Source: Burkholderiales bacterium (lineage in GTDB: Bacteria; Pseudomonadota; Gammaproteobacteria; Burkholderiales; JBILQJ01). Taken from it: DNA of 64,000 nucleotides. The translations under genes and the position numbers were made by a program. Positions 50,185-58,472 of this stretch are shown one piece after another (positions within the stretch are counted from its first letter, which is position 1; each line of letters opens with the position of its first letter). The notes under the pieces are model-generated. The model did no database searches. It had not been told where the DNA came from and saw only the letters and a program-made list of their open reading frames with translations. The DNA is taken from NCBI GenBank assembly GCA_044373325.1, contig JBILQJ010000003.1:7188-71187 (forward strand), in the 5' to 3' direction.

Positions 50185-51690
50185 ATGACCCATCCAGATT
50201 TAACCGTACCACACACCGATGAAAACCACATTATGGCGGAACGTCGCCAAAAATTGGCGCAATTACGTAGCGAGGGCATCGCTTACCCCAATGATTTTCG
50301 ACGCACCCATTTTGCCGCCGATTTACAAGCGGACTATGGCCAAGTCGAACCCGAAAGCTTAAAAGCGCAAGCTATAGAAGTCGCCATTGTTGGCCGCATG
50401 ATGCTAAAACGCGTAATGGGAAAAGCCAGTTTTGCTACCTTGCAAGACAGCAGTGGCCGTTTGCAAGTGTATATTGCGGGGGGCGCCATCGGCGAAACGC
50501 TTTATAATGGGTTTAAACATTGGGATTTAGGCGATATTGTGGCGGCCACGGGTACTTTGTTTATCACCAAAACGGGCGAATTGTCTGTGCACGCCACGCA
50601 CCTGCGATTGCTGACGAAAAGTGTGCGTCCTTTGCCTGAAAAATTTCATGGCATCGCCGATCAAGAGGTCAAATATCGCCAGCGCTATCTTGATTTAACC
50701 ATGGATAGAACGTCAACCGAACGCTTTATCAAGCGCTCACAAATTGTGCAATCGGTGCGCGACACTTTGGTGGATTTAAAGTATTTAGAAGTTGAAACGC
50801 CCATGATGCACACCATACCGGGTGGCGCATCCGCTCAACCTTTTTTAACGCATCACAATGCGCTGGATATGCCCTTATATTTACGCATTTCGCCCGAGCT
50901 TTACCTCAAACGCTTAATGGTGGGCGGCTTAGAACGGGTGTTTGAAATCAACCGCAGTTTTCGTAATGAAGGCATGAGCACCAGACACAATCCAGAATTT
51001 ACCATGATGGAATGTTACGAAGCTTATGCCGATTACCACGACATGATGAATTTGACCGAACGCATCATGCAAGCCGCCGCACTCAAAGTCTGCGGCAGTT
51101 TGCAAATTGAATACCAAGGCAAAATGGTTGATTTAAGTCATTTTACGCGCATGACCATGAATCAAGCCGTACAAGCCTTTAACCCTGATTATACCGACGC
51201 GCAGCTGAATGATGCCGCTTGGTTAAATGAAGCCATCAAACGCCATGGCGAAAAACCGTTGGGGGCAGACGCGCCTGTGGGCAGTTTGCAATTGGCTTTG
51301 TTTGAAGCCGCCGCTGAAGCCCAAATTTGGCACCCAACTTTTATTGTTGATTACCCTATCGAAGTCTCGCCTTTGGCTCGCGCATCCGACACCAAAGCGG
51401 GCTTGACCGAACGGTTTGAATTATTTTGTACGGGTCGAGAATTGGCCAATGGCTATTCGGAACTCAACGATGCCGACGATCAAGCCCAGCGCTTTTTGTC
51501 GCAAGCCGCTCAAAAAGATGCAGGCGATGACGAAGCCATGTTTTACGATGCCGATTACATCAAAACCTTGGAATACGGCATGCCACCAACGGGCGGATTG
51601 GGCATCGGCATCGATCGTTTGGTGATGCTATTGACCGATGCGGCGTCAATACGCGATGTGATTTTATTCCCGCAAATGCGCGCAGAATAA
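50185..51690 (+). CDS. lysS: Lysyl-tRNA synthetase (class II)
   Basis: 501 aa. OB-fold N-terminal domain, class II motifs FRNEG (motif 2) and [14 protein letters not shown] (motif 3). Confidence 0.9.
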   Translation: MTHPDLTVPHTDENHIMAERRQKLAQLRSEGIAYPNDFRRTHFAADLQADYGQVEPESLKAQAIEVAIVGRMMLKRVMGKASFATLQDSSGRLQVYIAGGAIGETLYNGFKHWDLGDIVAATGTLFITKTGELSVHATHLRLLTKSVRPLPEKFHGIADQEVKYRQRYLDLTMDRTSTERFIKRSQIVQSVRDTLVDLKYLEVETPMMHTIPGGASAQPFLTHHNALDMPLYLRISPELYLKRLMVGGLERVFEINRSFRNEGMSTRHNPEFTMMECYEAYADYHDMMNLTERIMQAAALKVCGSLQIEYQGKMVDLSHFTRMTMNQAVQAFNPDYTDAQLNDAAWLNEAIKRHGEKPLGADAPVGSLQLALFEAAAEAQIWHPTFIVDYPIEVSPLARASDTKAGLTERFELFCTGRELANGYSELNDADDQAQRFLSQAAQKDAGDDEAMFYDADYIKTLEYGMPPTGGLGIGIDRLVMLLTDAASIRDVILFPQMRAE

Positions 51691-51712
51691 AGCAGCAAAA
51701 CCATGCAAAATG

Positions 51713-51762
51713 CTTGCGGCCAACCTTTTATCCAAAAACGGAGGAAAAAGGTTGGCCACAAG
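51713..51762. repeat. Last inverted pair of the repeat in the window (after lysS)
   Basis: CTTGCGGCCAACCTTTT-ATCCAAAAACGGAGG-AAAAAGGTTGGCCACAAG. Confidence 0.9.
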
Positions 51763-51784
51763 CGTTTTTTAAAAATTAGACTAA

Positions 51785-52249
51785 TCAATTATCTTTACTA
51801 CAATGGCCTGATTTGGCCATTTTAAGCCTAGAAATGTGTTTTTTTCCTTGCTCATCCGTCACTAGTTCTAAATCTGCTCCACCTACAAAGGCACCCATTT
51901 TGATGACTTGCCGAACGAAATAGTTTTTACCAGTGTCCATCATTAACTCAAGTGAGTTTGAAGAAAACTCAGACTCGGTCTCAATTTTATGGCGCTTTCC
52001 GCCATCAACTTCTGTATAAAAAAATACCTTATTTGCAGTCTCACCCAAACACTTTCCATCAACCCAAACATCTTTTTTTAACGATTTACCACCAAAACTG
52101 TTGCGATAAACATACAAACCCGCTTTACCTTGACTCGGTTTATTAAAGTCTTTGGCCTCCAGAGACTCTTGTTGTGGAGCCATTTTGACAGAAGCACAGC
52201 CAGAAACAATCAATGTGCTAGCAAAAATAACAACAGAAAATATTTTCAT
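51785..52249 (-). CDS. Small lipoprotein, DUF2846-like
   Basis: Lipobox LIVSGC, a GLYVYR...VWVDGKCLG pattern, and a visibly AT-rich gene. Start at ATG 52249, which is preceded by GGAG. Confidence 0.55.
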   Translation of the reverse strand: MKIFSVVIFASTLIVSGCASVKMAPQQESLEAKDFNKPSQGKAGLYVYRNSFGGKSLKKDVWVDGKCLGETANKVFFYTEVDGGKRHKIETESEFSSNSLELMMDTGKNYFVRQVIKMGAFVGGADLELVTDEQGKKHISRLKMAKSGHCSKDN

Positions 52250-52391
52250 AATTACCACTCCTAGATTTATCTAAATTAAAGATAACATTATAACATAGTA
52301 AAAAATTTAAAATATCATCTGGTCACAAGGATTTTGTTACTCAACGCAACCGTTAAGACGATTTTTGTACTGGCGGGGTGACGCTTACGTT

Positions 52392-54746
52392 TTATGCCGC
52401 CTCAGACGTCATCCAATTAGAAATAAACACAATCGCCAGCCACGTCGCGCTCATGCCAACGGCCAAACTTAAGCCCAAATTATGCAAAGCGGGCGTGCTG
52501 GACAGCGTGAGCGTGCCCAGCGACAAAATCGTACTCCATGCGCTCAAACACACTGTCATCCATAAGTTTTGTTGCTCTTTTGCATGTTCAACCAAGAAAA
52601 TGCCGTAATCAACGCCCATGCCCAAAATGAGCAGCAGCGGCAAAACAGTAAACAATTGCAGCGGAATGTGTAGTAGCCCAAGCAGCGCCACAGTCAATAC
52701 GCTTGCCAGTGCAGGCGCAGCCAGTACCCACAAAGATTTACGTCGATAGCGGGGCCACAGACATGCCGCAACCACCAAATACGCCAGCGCGAGCATCCAC
52801 AGCATTTTGTTACGATACAACTGCATGATTTGATTGTAATTCTCAACTTGGTCAATCCACAGCACGGTTGGCTGATTTTTTGCGAGTGAGGCAAAGGCCT
52901 GTTTGTTTTTCTCTGTCACCTCGCCCGTAAGAGAGACCACGCTTGCCCAGCGCCCGTCGGCTTGTTGACCCAGCCATTGGTTTTTGAGTGTACCTGAGAA
53001 TGGTTGCGCCAACCATGAATCCATACTGATTTGGCTGGATGTGACGGCGGGAATGTCCATGCCAATTTTGGGCGCAATCGCAGCGACTTTGTCTGTAACC
53101 AATGTTAGGTTTGCTTGCTGGCGCAAGATGGACGGCACCCATTCTGAAATGGCGCGGTAGTGGAATGTTTGACCTTCGGCGTTGAGCGCATCCAGTTGGT
53201 CGCGCAAAGCCTCTTCTGACTCAAGCAATGCCTGCTCGTTGTTGGCAGTGACTAAAAAATACTGCGTATTTGACTCACCCAATAATTTACCCGCTTTGAC
53301 TTGCTCTTGCATCAGCCAATTGGGTGAGTTTTGAAAAGCGCGTAAGTCGTCTTTAAAACTCGTGCGGCTCAAGCCAAAAATCACCAATATGAGCAGCAGC
53401 ACCGTGCTGATTTTGTGGTACATGATAGGCAGTTTGGCTTGTTTTAGACGCAGCCACCATTTTGGAAACATGCGGTTAAATGCCGACTCGGGCGGTAACT
53501 TTTGGAACACATACGGAAACAAAAGCATGACGGTCAACCATGAACCAATCAGCCCAACCACGGAAAAAAACGCCAGCTGGCGCAACCCGGGAAATGGCGG
53601 AATCGCCAAGCACGCGTAAGTAAATACAGTAGTGAGTAGTGCAAAAAACAGACCTATCCACAAATGGCGGCGCACGTTCCACACAGAGCTGGTGACTTCT
53701 TTTTGGCGAAATGCCAAGAAATGCAAGCCGTAATCTTGTGCCACGCCCGTCAAGCTCACACCAAACACCAACGTGATTAAATGCACCTGCCCAAAAGCCC
53801 AATAGGTCAATACAAACGCCATGCCCAAACCTATAGCCAAACTCAGCGCAATCATAAACACGGCTTTTAGGCTGCGAAATGCCAACGCGATGAGCAGCAC
53901 AATTCCAATCATTGAAAGCGTACCAAACATGCTGACCTCATGCTTTGCTTGTTCTGTTGCGGCGGAGGCGTGCAGGGGAATACCTGCGGCAATAATTTGC
54001 ACGCTCGAGTCAATATGGACTGCGGCAGCTTTTGCATTGTTATAGGTTTGAATCAGTGGGGTTTTATCATGTAAATCAAAGCCAGATTGCACGGTTTGAT
54101 ACACCAATGCGTCGTAGATTTGGCCATTGCTACTCACTTGCAATTGGCCATTGTCATTTGGCGTGAGTTTGGTTTTGCCCAGTTGCGCGAGCAGCCATGT
54201 TTGCAAGTTGCCCAGTGGATCGTCCGATACGGATAAGCCGATTGAAACAGGGCGTATGGCGTTGCTGATGATTTGGCTTTGCCATTGCTCGTTCGTTTGT
54301 GAGGTGATTTTGTTGCGCTGTTCAAAGGTTAACATGAGCGCTTGATGCGGCTGATAATACGTAAGAAAGTCTTGTAAGCCCGACTGGTTCAAAGCGGCCA
54401 CGGGCTGAATTTGTGTATTTTGGCGCAACTGTTCAGTGACTGCGGCTTTGGCTTGCTCGCGCGTGGCATGATTTTTGGCGCTGACCAAAAAAACAATTTT
54501 GTCCGACACAGATTTTGATTGTCGTTCGTTGGCGATTTGCACCAAAGCCCAGTCGTGTGGCGCGATTTTTGCAAATTCGCGCGGTAAAAGCTGCAGCGGG
54601 TCGCGGTTGATACCGTTAAGCAACGCGCCACGCGCCAGGATGGCGTATACGAGCAAGCCTAAAACCAGCGTTAAGAACAAGCCGCTGGCAATTAAGCTGA
54701 TTTTGGATGCGCGTTTGTGTGTGGTTGGAGTCATTGTGGTTGCCAA
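52392..54746 (-). CDS. MMPL/RND-superfamily exporter (APE-cluster ApeM-like)
   Basis: 784 aa with two blocks of about 6 TM helices separated by large soluble loops. Last gene of the minus-strand cluster. Confidence 0.75.
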   Translation of the reverse strand: MATTMTPTTHKRASKISLIASGLFLTLVLGLLVYAILARGALLNGINRDPLQLLPREFAKIAPHDWALVQIANERQSKSVSDKIVFLVSAKNHATREQAKAAVTEQLRQNTQIQPVAALNQSGLQDFLTYYQPHQALMLTFEQRNKITSQTNEQWQSQIISNAIRPVSIGLSVSDDPLGNLQTWLLAQLGKTKLTPNDNGQLQVSSNGQIYDALVYQTVQSGFDLHDKTPLIQTYNNAKAAAVHIDSSVQIIAAGIPLHASAATEQAKHEVSMFGTLSMIGIVLLIALAFRSLKAVFMIALSLAIGLGMAFVLTYWAFGQVHLITLVFGVSLTGVAQDYGLHFLAFRQKEVTSSVWNVRRHLWIGLFFALLTTVFTYACLAIPPFPGLRQLAFFSVVGLIGSWLTVMLLFPYVFQKLPPESAFNRMFPKWWLRLKQAKLPIMYHKISTVLLLILVIFGLSRTSFKDDLRAFQNSPNWLMQEQVKAGKLLGESNTQYFLVTANNEQALLESEEALRDQLDALNAEGQTFHYRAISEWVPSILRQQANLTLVTDKVAAIAPKIGMDIPAVTSSQISMDSWLAQPFSGTLKNQWLGQQADGRWASVVSLTGEVTEKNKQAFASLAKNQPTVLWIDQVENYNQIMQLYRNKMLWMLALAYLVVAACLWPRYRRKSLWVLAAPALASVLTVALLGLLHIPLQLFTVLPLLLILGMGVDYGIFLVEHAKEQQNLWMTVCLSAWSTILSLGTLTLSSTPALHNLGLSLAVGMSATWLAIVFISNWMTSEAA

Positions 54747-54875
54747 GCGTTTAAATTATTGGAGCTCATGGCGCCAAATCAAGGGCGGGCATGAATGCCC
54801 GCCCTACATGTTTGAACTTGTTTGTACCGAGTACTTTACTGGAAAAGATACTGAAGATGACGTTGAAAATAATGT

Positions 54876-55493
54876 TTAAAACGACACGCTCGCAGGGCTA
54901 ATGGCTTGGGTTTGGCTAAACGTAATCACGCTTTGATCACCGTTGGCCTCGCTGATGCGCACGGACTGAACATAACGCGCGCCGCTTACTTGGATTTGCA
55001 TAATGACTTGCTTCATATTCGGGCTATTTGGAATCAAATTCAGATTCCATGCGCCTTTGCTTTGCGCGCTGCCTGTAATATTAAAATACTGTTCCAGTAC
55101 GCCAAAGTTACCCGTCAAAACGCTTGAAAAAATGGTGTTGATGGTTTTCGTACTCGGACCATTGTCAATATTGGTGTTGGTGCCGCCGCGATTTTCAACC
55201 ATGCCGTTAGGCGTGATTTTGAGCGTGGACGCGCTGGGGCTTTCAGTAATCCACAGCATGCCTTTGTTGTTCACTGCAACCAATTTACCCGTTGAAACCA
55301 TGCTGGTGCGAAAGCCGCGAATCTGTTTGACCTGTCTAAACTGCGCTTGCAAGCCTTCTGTGCGGTTCAGACTGCTCGATACGGTTTGTAATAATTGTTG
55401 CGTGCTTTGGGCGTAACTGGGCGCGGCCGCGCACAAGGCCAGTACTGCGATGGACGTCAATAATTTACGGTACGTTTTAAATGTAATACTCAT
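54876..55493 (-). CDS. LolA-like outer-membrane lipoprotein carrier protein (ApeL-like)
   Basis: Signal peptide MSITFKTYRKLLTSIAVLALCAAAPSYA. Size of about 205 aa and beta-rich composition as in LolA-fold proteins. Start moved to ATG 55493. Confidence 0.65.
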   Translation of the reverse strand: MSITFKTYRKLLTSIAVLALCAAAPSYAQSTQQLLQTVSSSLNRTEGLQAQFRQVKQIRGFRTSMVSTGKLVAVNNKGMLWITESPSASTLKITPNGMVENRGGTNTNIDNGPSTKTINTIFSSVLTGNFGVLEQYFNITGSAQSKGAWNLNLIPNSPNMKQVIMQIQVSGARYVQSVRISEANGDQSVITFSQTQAISPASVSF

Positions 55494-55512
55494 GACGGAT
55501 AATTTTCTTTGG

Positions 55513-55968
55513 TTAAATTGTAATGCCTTGATTTTGAATGCACGCATTAATTTTTTGCAGCAGCACGTCTGGGGATTGATAACACATTTCAAAATTACAA
55601 ATTGCCACCGCAACTTGCGTGGTGTACGCCCGATGCAGCACGCGCATAGTTTGAGCGTCTTTGATTTCGTAGTTGATTTTTAAACGATTTTCCCACTCGG
55701 TAATCGCACAGGCCACAATCACGGATTGCGCGTACGCAATCGGGCGAATGTATTTAAGGCGCATGTCCACAACAGGCCACGCGTAGCCCGAGGCTTGCAT
55801 TTGTGGGTAATCATAATCAATGGTTTGCAACAGTGCGCACCGTGCAACTTCTAAATATTTGACGTAATTGCCATGCCAAACAATATTCATCGGGTCAAGG
55901 TCGTGAAACTGTGGCTGAATCACAGTTTCTGTGTAGGCAGGAAATTGAGATAAGTTCTTAATCTTCAT
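55513..55968 (-). CDS. Hotdog-fold thioesterase (4HBT type, ApeK-like)
   Basis: About 151 aa. HDLDPMNIVWHGNYVKYLEVAR matches the 4HBT catalytic-Asp N-terminal motif. The start ATG at 55968 overlaps the upstream stop (ATGA). Confidence 0.75.
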   Translation of the reverse strand: MKIKNLSQFPAYTETVIQPQFHDLDPMNIVWHGNYVKYLEVARCALLQTIDYDYPQMQASGYAWPVVDMRLKYIRPIAYAQSVIVACAITEWENRLKINYEIKDAQTMRVLHRAYTTQVAVAICNFEMCYQSPDVLLQKINACIQNQGITI

Positions 55969-56891
55969 TTGTACGCCCGCCAAAAATCGAAAAAATTAAA
56001 CCACTCCAAAGGGTATTTGTGGCAGGCCTGCGCCAAGCGGTGCGCGTATTGTTGCGCATAACCTTGCAATGCGGCGGCGCGATTTTGGCGCGGCAGCTCT
56101 ATTTTGTCGGCCAATACCTCGTATTCCACCGTGTAACCAAGTGCATTTTTGCAGCAAAACATCAACAAAATGGGACAATTAAACATAAATGCCAACAAAT
56201 ATCCTCCTGTTGGAAAATACGCGGTTTGTCCCAAAAACTCACACGGCACCGCGTGTTTGCCGTCATCCGACACTGGCACCCTATCGCCAGCCACCGCAAT
56301 AATTTCGCCATTTGCCACTTTTTCGGACAATTTAATAGATAGCGCTGGATCAAACTGCGAGGTTTCAATTAAATTGAAGGTGGTGTTTGGATTGAGTTTT
56401 TTTAAAATCGTCATAAATGATTGGCTATTTTTGGTGTGCGTGAGGACGTTTAGCGGGCGATTGCTTAATTTGGCAATGGTGCGCGCCACTTCTACTGTGC
56501 CAAGATGTGATGTGAGTATTAAAAAGCCTTGTTTTTTGTCGAGCAATTGCGTGGCCAACTCACGGTTGTAAATAGCAGCCACAGGCGCTTTAAAGTCAGG
56601 TGTATTGGCCAATAGTTTATCCAATAAACCATCTGCAAAATGCACGAAATGGCGAAAAGAAGTGCGCAGATTTGGCTTTACAACGCTGCCACTGATCTGC
56701 ATGCGCTGCAAATACGTGAGCGAAGCGCGCCGAGCACTGGCGCTGGTTATAAAATAAAAACCCACCACGGGGTACATAAACAACTTAAATGGCCATGCGC
56801 CCAGTAAGCGGTACACATGCAACAGCCATAAAATGCCGCTGGCAAATGTTCTTTCTCCGATCGTGGCCCAATGGCGAGTTGGCTGGCGCAT
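55965..56891 (-). CDS. Lipid A-type (LpxL/HtrB family) acyltransferase
   Basis: LTSHLGTVEV (H-x4-E/D acyltransferase motif) with the surrounding layout of lauroyl/myristoyl acyltransferases. ATG at 56891 preferred; GTG at 56924 is possible. Confidence 0.7.
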   Translation of the reverse strand: MRQPTRHWATIGERTFASGILWLLHVYRLLGAWPFKLFMYPVVGFYFITSASARRASLTYLQRMQISGSVVKPNLRTSFRHFVHFADGLLDKLLANTPDFKAPVAAIYNRELATQLLDKKQGFLILTSHLGTVEVARTIAKLSNRPLNVLTHTKNSQSFMTILKKLNPNTTFNLIETSQFDPALSIKLSEKVANGEIIAVAGDRVPVSDDGKHAVPCEFLGQTAYFPTGGYLLAFMFNCPILLMFCCKNALGYTVEYEVLADKIELPRQNRAAALQGYAQQYAHRLAQACHKYPLEWFNFFDFWRAYK

Positions 56892-56921
56892 AACGTTCCA
56901 TTTCTTTAAGTGAGACCTTTG

Positions 56922-56951
56922 CACAACAAATTAAAAATCTACTTTGTTGTG
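56922..56951. other. Perfect 9-bp hairpin at the 5' edge of the acyltransferase gene
   Basis: CACAACAAA, a 12-nt loop, then TTTGTTGTG. There is no T-run on either side. Confidence 0.4.
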
Positions 56952-57139
56952 AATCGACAAAACTTATTGGGGAAGCCCGAACAAGTTTTAGGTAAAAAAC
57001 ATGAAAAAATCCCAATTGCCCGTCATTTTGCAGCTTCCAAAAATAGAGGCTGTTGAATTGGCTGGTTATGCAAAGCCCTCTAAGTGAGATTTCGCGGCGA
57101 GCGCGAGCGGTTGGCATTATAACCTACTGAAGGCTTGAT

Positions 57140-57615
57140 TTACAGTTGGTTGCGTCTGCGCACTTGTTTTGTCTTGTTGATGCCTAAGGCAAGGAAGCTG
57201 TTGTATACCCATTCGGAGCATTGTTTAGACAGCATTTCATTGGTTTTAAGATCCATCTTGAGTCAAGGTAGCCAGAAATCGTGGCTTTTTTGCCGCTTTA
57301 AGCCCCCACAATCACGTCTTTTAACGCATCGTTTGCGTGTTGCCCGTCAAATCAACTTTGTCGCTGGCAAAGTAAAATTTCACCATGCCATCTTCAATCA
57401 CAGCGTTCGCTTGTGCGTCAGGAATTGCGGCCATTTTATTAGTGTATGCCGCTTCAGTATTTGTGGTGCTCGTTGCGTGTGCTTTGGTGTCCGTTGTGCT
57501 TGAACCACTGTTCATGCCCCCACTAAATACAAAAACCAACAATCGTGCTGATGATGAAACCAACAATAATACCCAAGGCAAAGCGTTGTTCGTCGTCTTG
57601 ATGTTATGCTGCCAT
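57140..57615 (-). pseudogene. Decayed gene for a small membrane-anchored OmpA-C-like protein
   Basis: GGAG-N8-ATG (57615) is followed by TAA at codon 4. Frame 0 then encodes a clean TM helix (QRFALGIIVGFIISTIVGF). The reading continues in frame 1 after a T5 run (...EDGMVKFYFASDKVDLTGN). It returns to frame 0 (ANDALKDVIVGA-stop-SGKKATISGYLDS). It ends in frame 2 (DLKTNEMLSKQCSEWVYNSFLALGINKTK). Only a 102-aa fragment is open. Confidence 0.5.
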
Positions 57616-57710
57616 GCTATTTTCTCCAATAGAGGTTAAAAACTAAGCAAACTATACGTGAGTTTGAGGCAAAAAAAACTCATATTAAACATGACTAAAC
57701 GCAGCATGAT

Positions 57711-58472
57711 TTAGGCATCAAATTTTGGTTTGTCAGAAAAAAAACGACGCAATAACTTGGGTAGGCGCGGCAACATGCAAAAAAACAACCGCGTGTGCAT
57801 GAGACTGATGTACACATTGTCACGCACCGATAAAAAATGCGACACGCCATCGGCGGGGTAATGAACTTGCGTGGGCACATTGATTATTGACACCCCCGCC
57901 CAGTCTCCGCGCACAAGCAGTTCGGTTTCAAAACTCATTCGCGGGTACATGTTGTAACGCTCGATTATCGGCAACAACGGCGCGAGCGGGTACACGCGAA
58001 AGCCACACATCGAGTCTTTAATCCGCAACGAAACCGTGTTAATCCACACCCAAATGTGGGTCAAATAACGCGCGTATAAACGGTGTTTGGGCACGGTTGC
58101 ATCATAAATAGGGCAACCGCAAATAATGGTTGCAGGATGCGCCTGAGCCAAACGGATAAAATGCGCAATATCGCCCAGCGCGTGCTGCCCATCTGCATCG
58201 ACTTGCAACACATGTGTAAAACCAAGCGATGTGGCTGTGCGAAAACCTGTTTGAATACCAGCGCCTTTGCCCTGATTGTGTGCATGCGCCACCAGTTGCA
58301 CGCGGGCTTGCATCAAACTTTGTAACACCTCAGAACACGCCGCATCACTGCCGTCATTGATTAAAATAATCGGTAAATCTGTGGTGCTTAAAATACACGC
58401 TACCGTCTGCCCAATGGTTGCGCCGTGGTTAAACACAGGAATAATAATCGCAGGGTTAAATGAAATCGTCAT
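57711..58472 (-). CDS. Family 2 glycosyltransferase (ApeJ-like)
   Basis: IIIPVFNHG, LINDGSD and QVDADGQH (DxD) motifs. The start ATG at 58472 overlaps the upstream stop (ATGA). Confidence 0.8.
   Translation of the reverse strand: MTISFNPAIIIPVFNHGATIGQTVACILSTTDLPIILINDGSDAACSEVLQSLMQARVQLVAHAHNQGKGAGIQTGFRTATSLGFTHVLQVDADGQHALGDIAHFIRLAQAHPATIICGCPIYDATVPKHRLYARYLTHIWVWINTVSLRIKDSMCGFRVYPLAPLLPIIERYNMYPRMSFETELLVRGDWAGVSIINVPTQVHYPADGVSHFLSVRDNVYISLMHTRLFFCMLPRLPKLLRRFFSDKPKFDA

Noticed and set aside
1252-51762. The recurring repeat as a CRISPR array
   Set aside because: The copies are palindromic pairs or singles scattered at gene ends across 50 kb. They are not regularly spaced direct repeats with unique spacers, and there are no cas genes.
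57001-57084. 27-codon plus-strand mini-ORF (MKKSQLPVILQLPKIEAVELAGYAKPSK) with a weak AGG upstream
   Set aside because: It is too short and featureless to support. It lies in a decayed intergenic region, and I cannot evaluate conservation.
57135-57503. 122-aa plus-strand ORF in the cluster gap
   Set aside because: It is antisense to the frames that carry recognisable OmpA-C-like segments, and it has Cys/Arg-rich shadow-frame composition.
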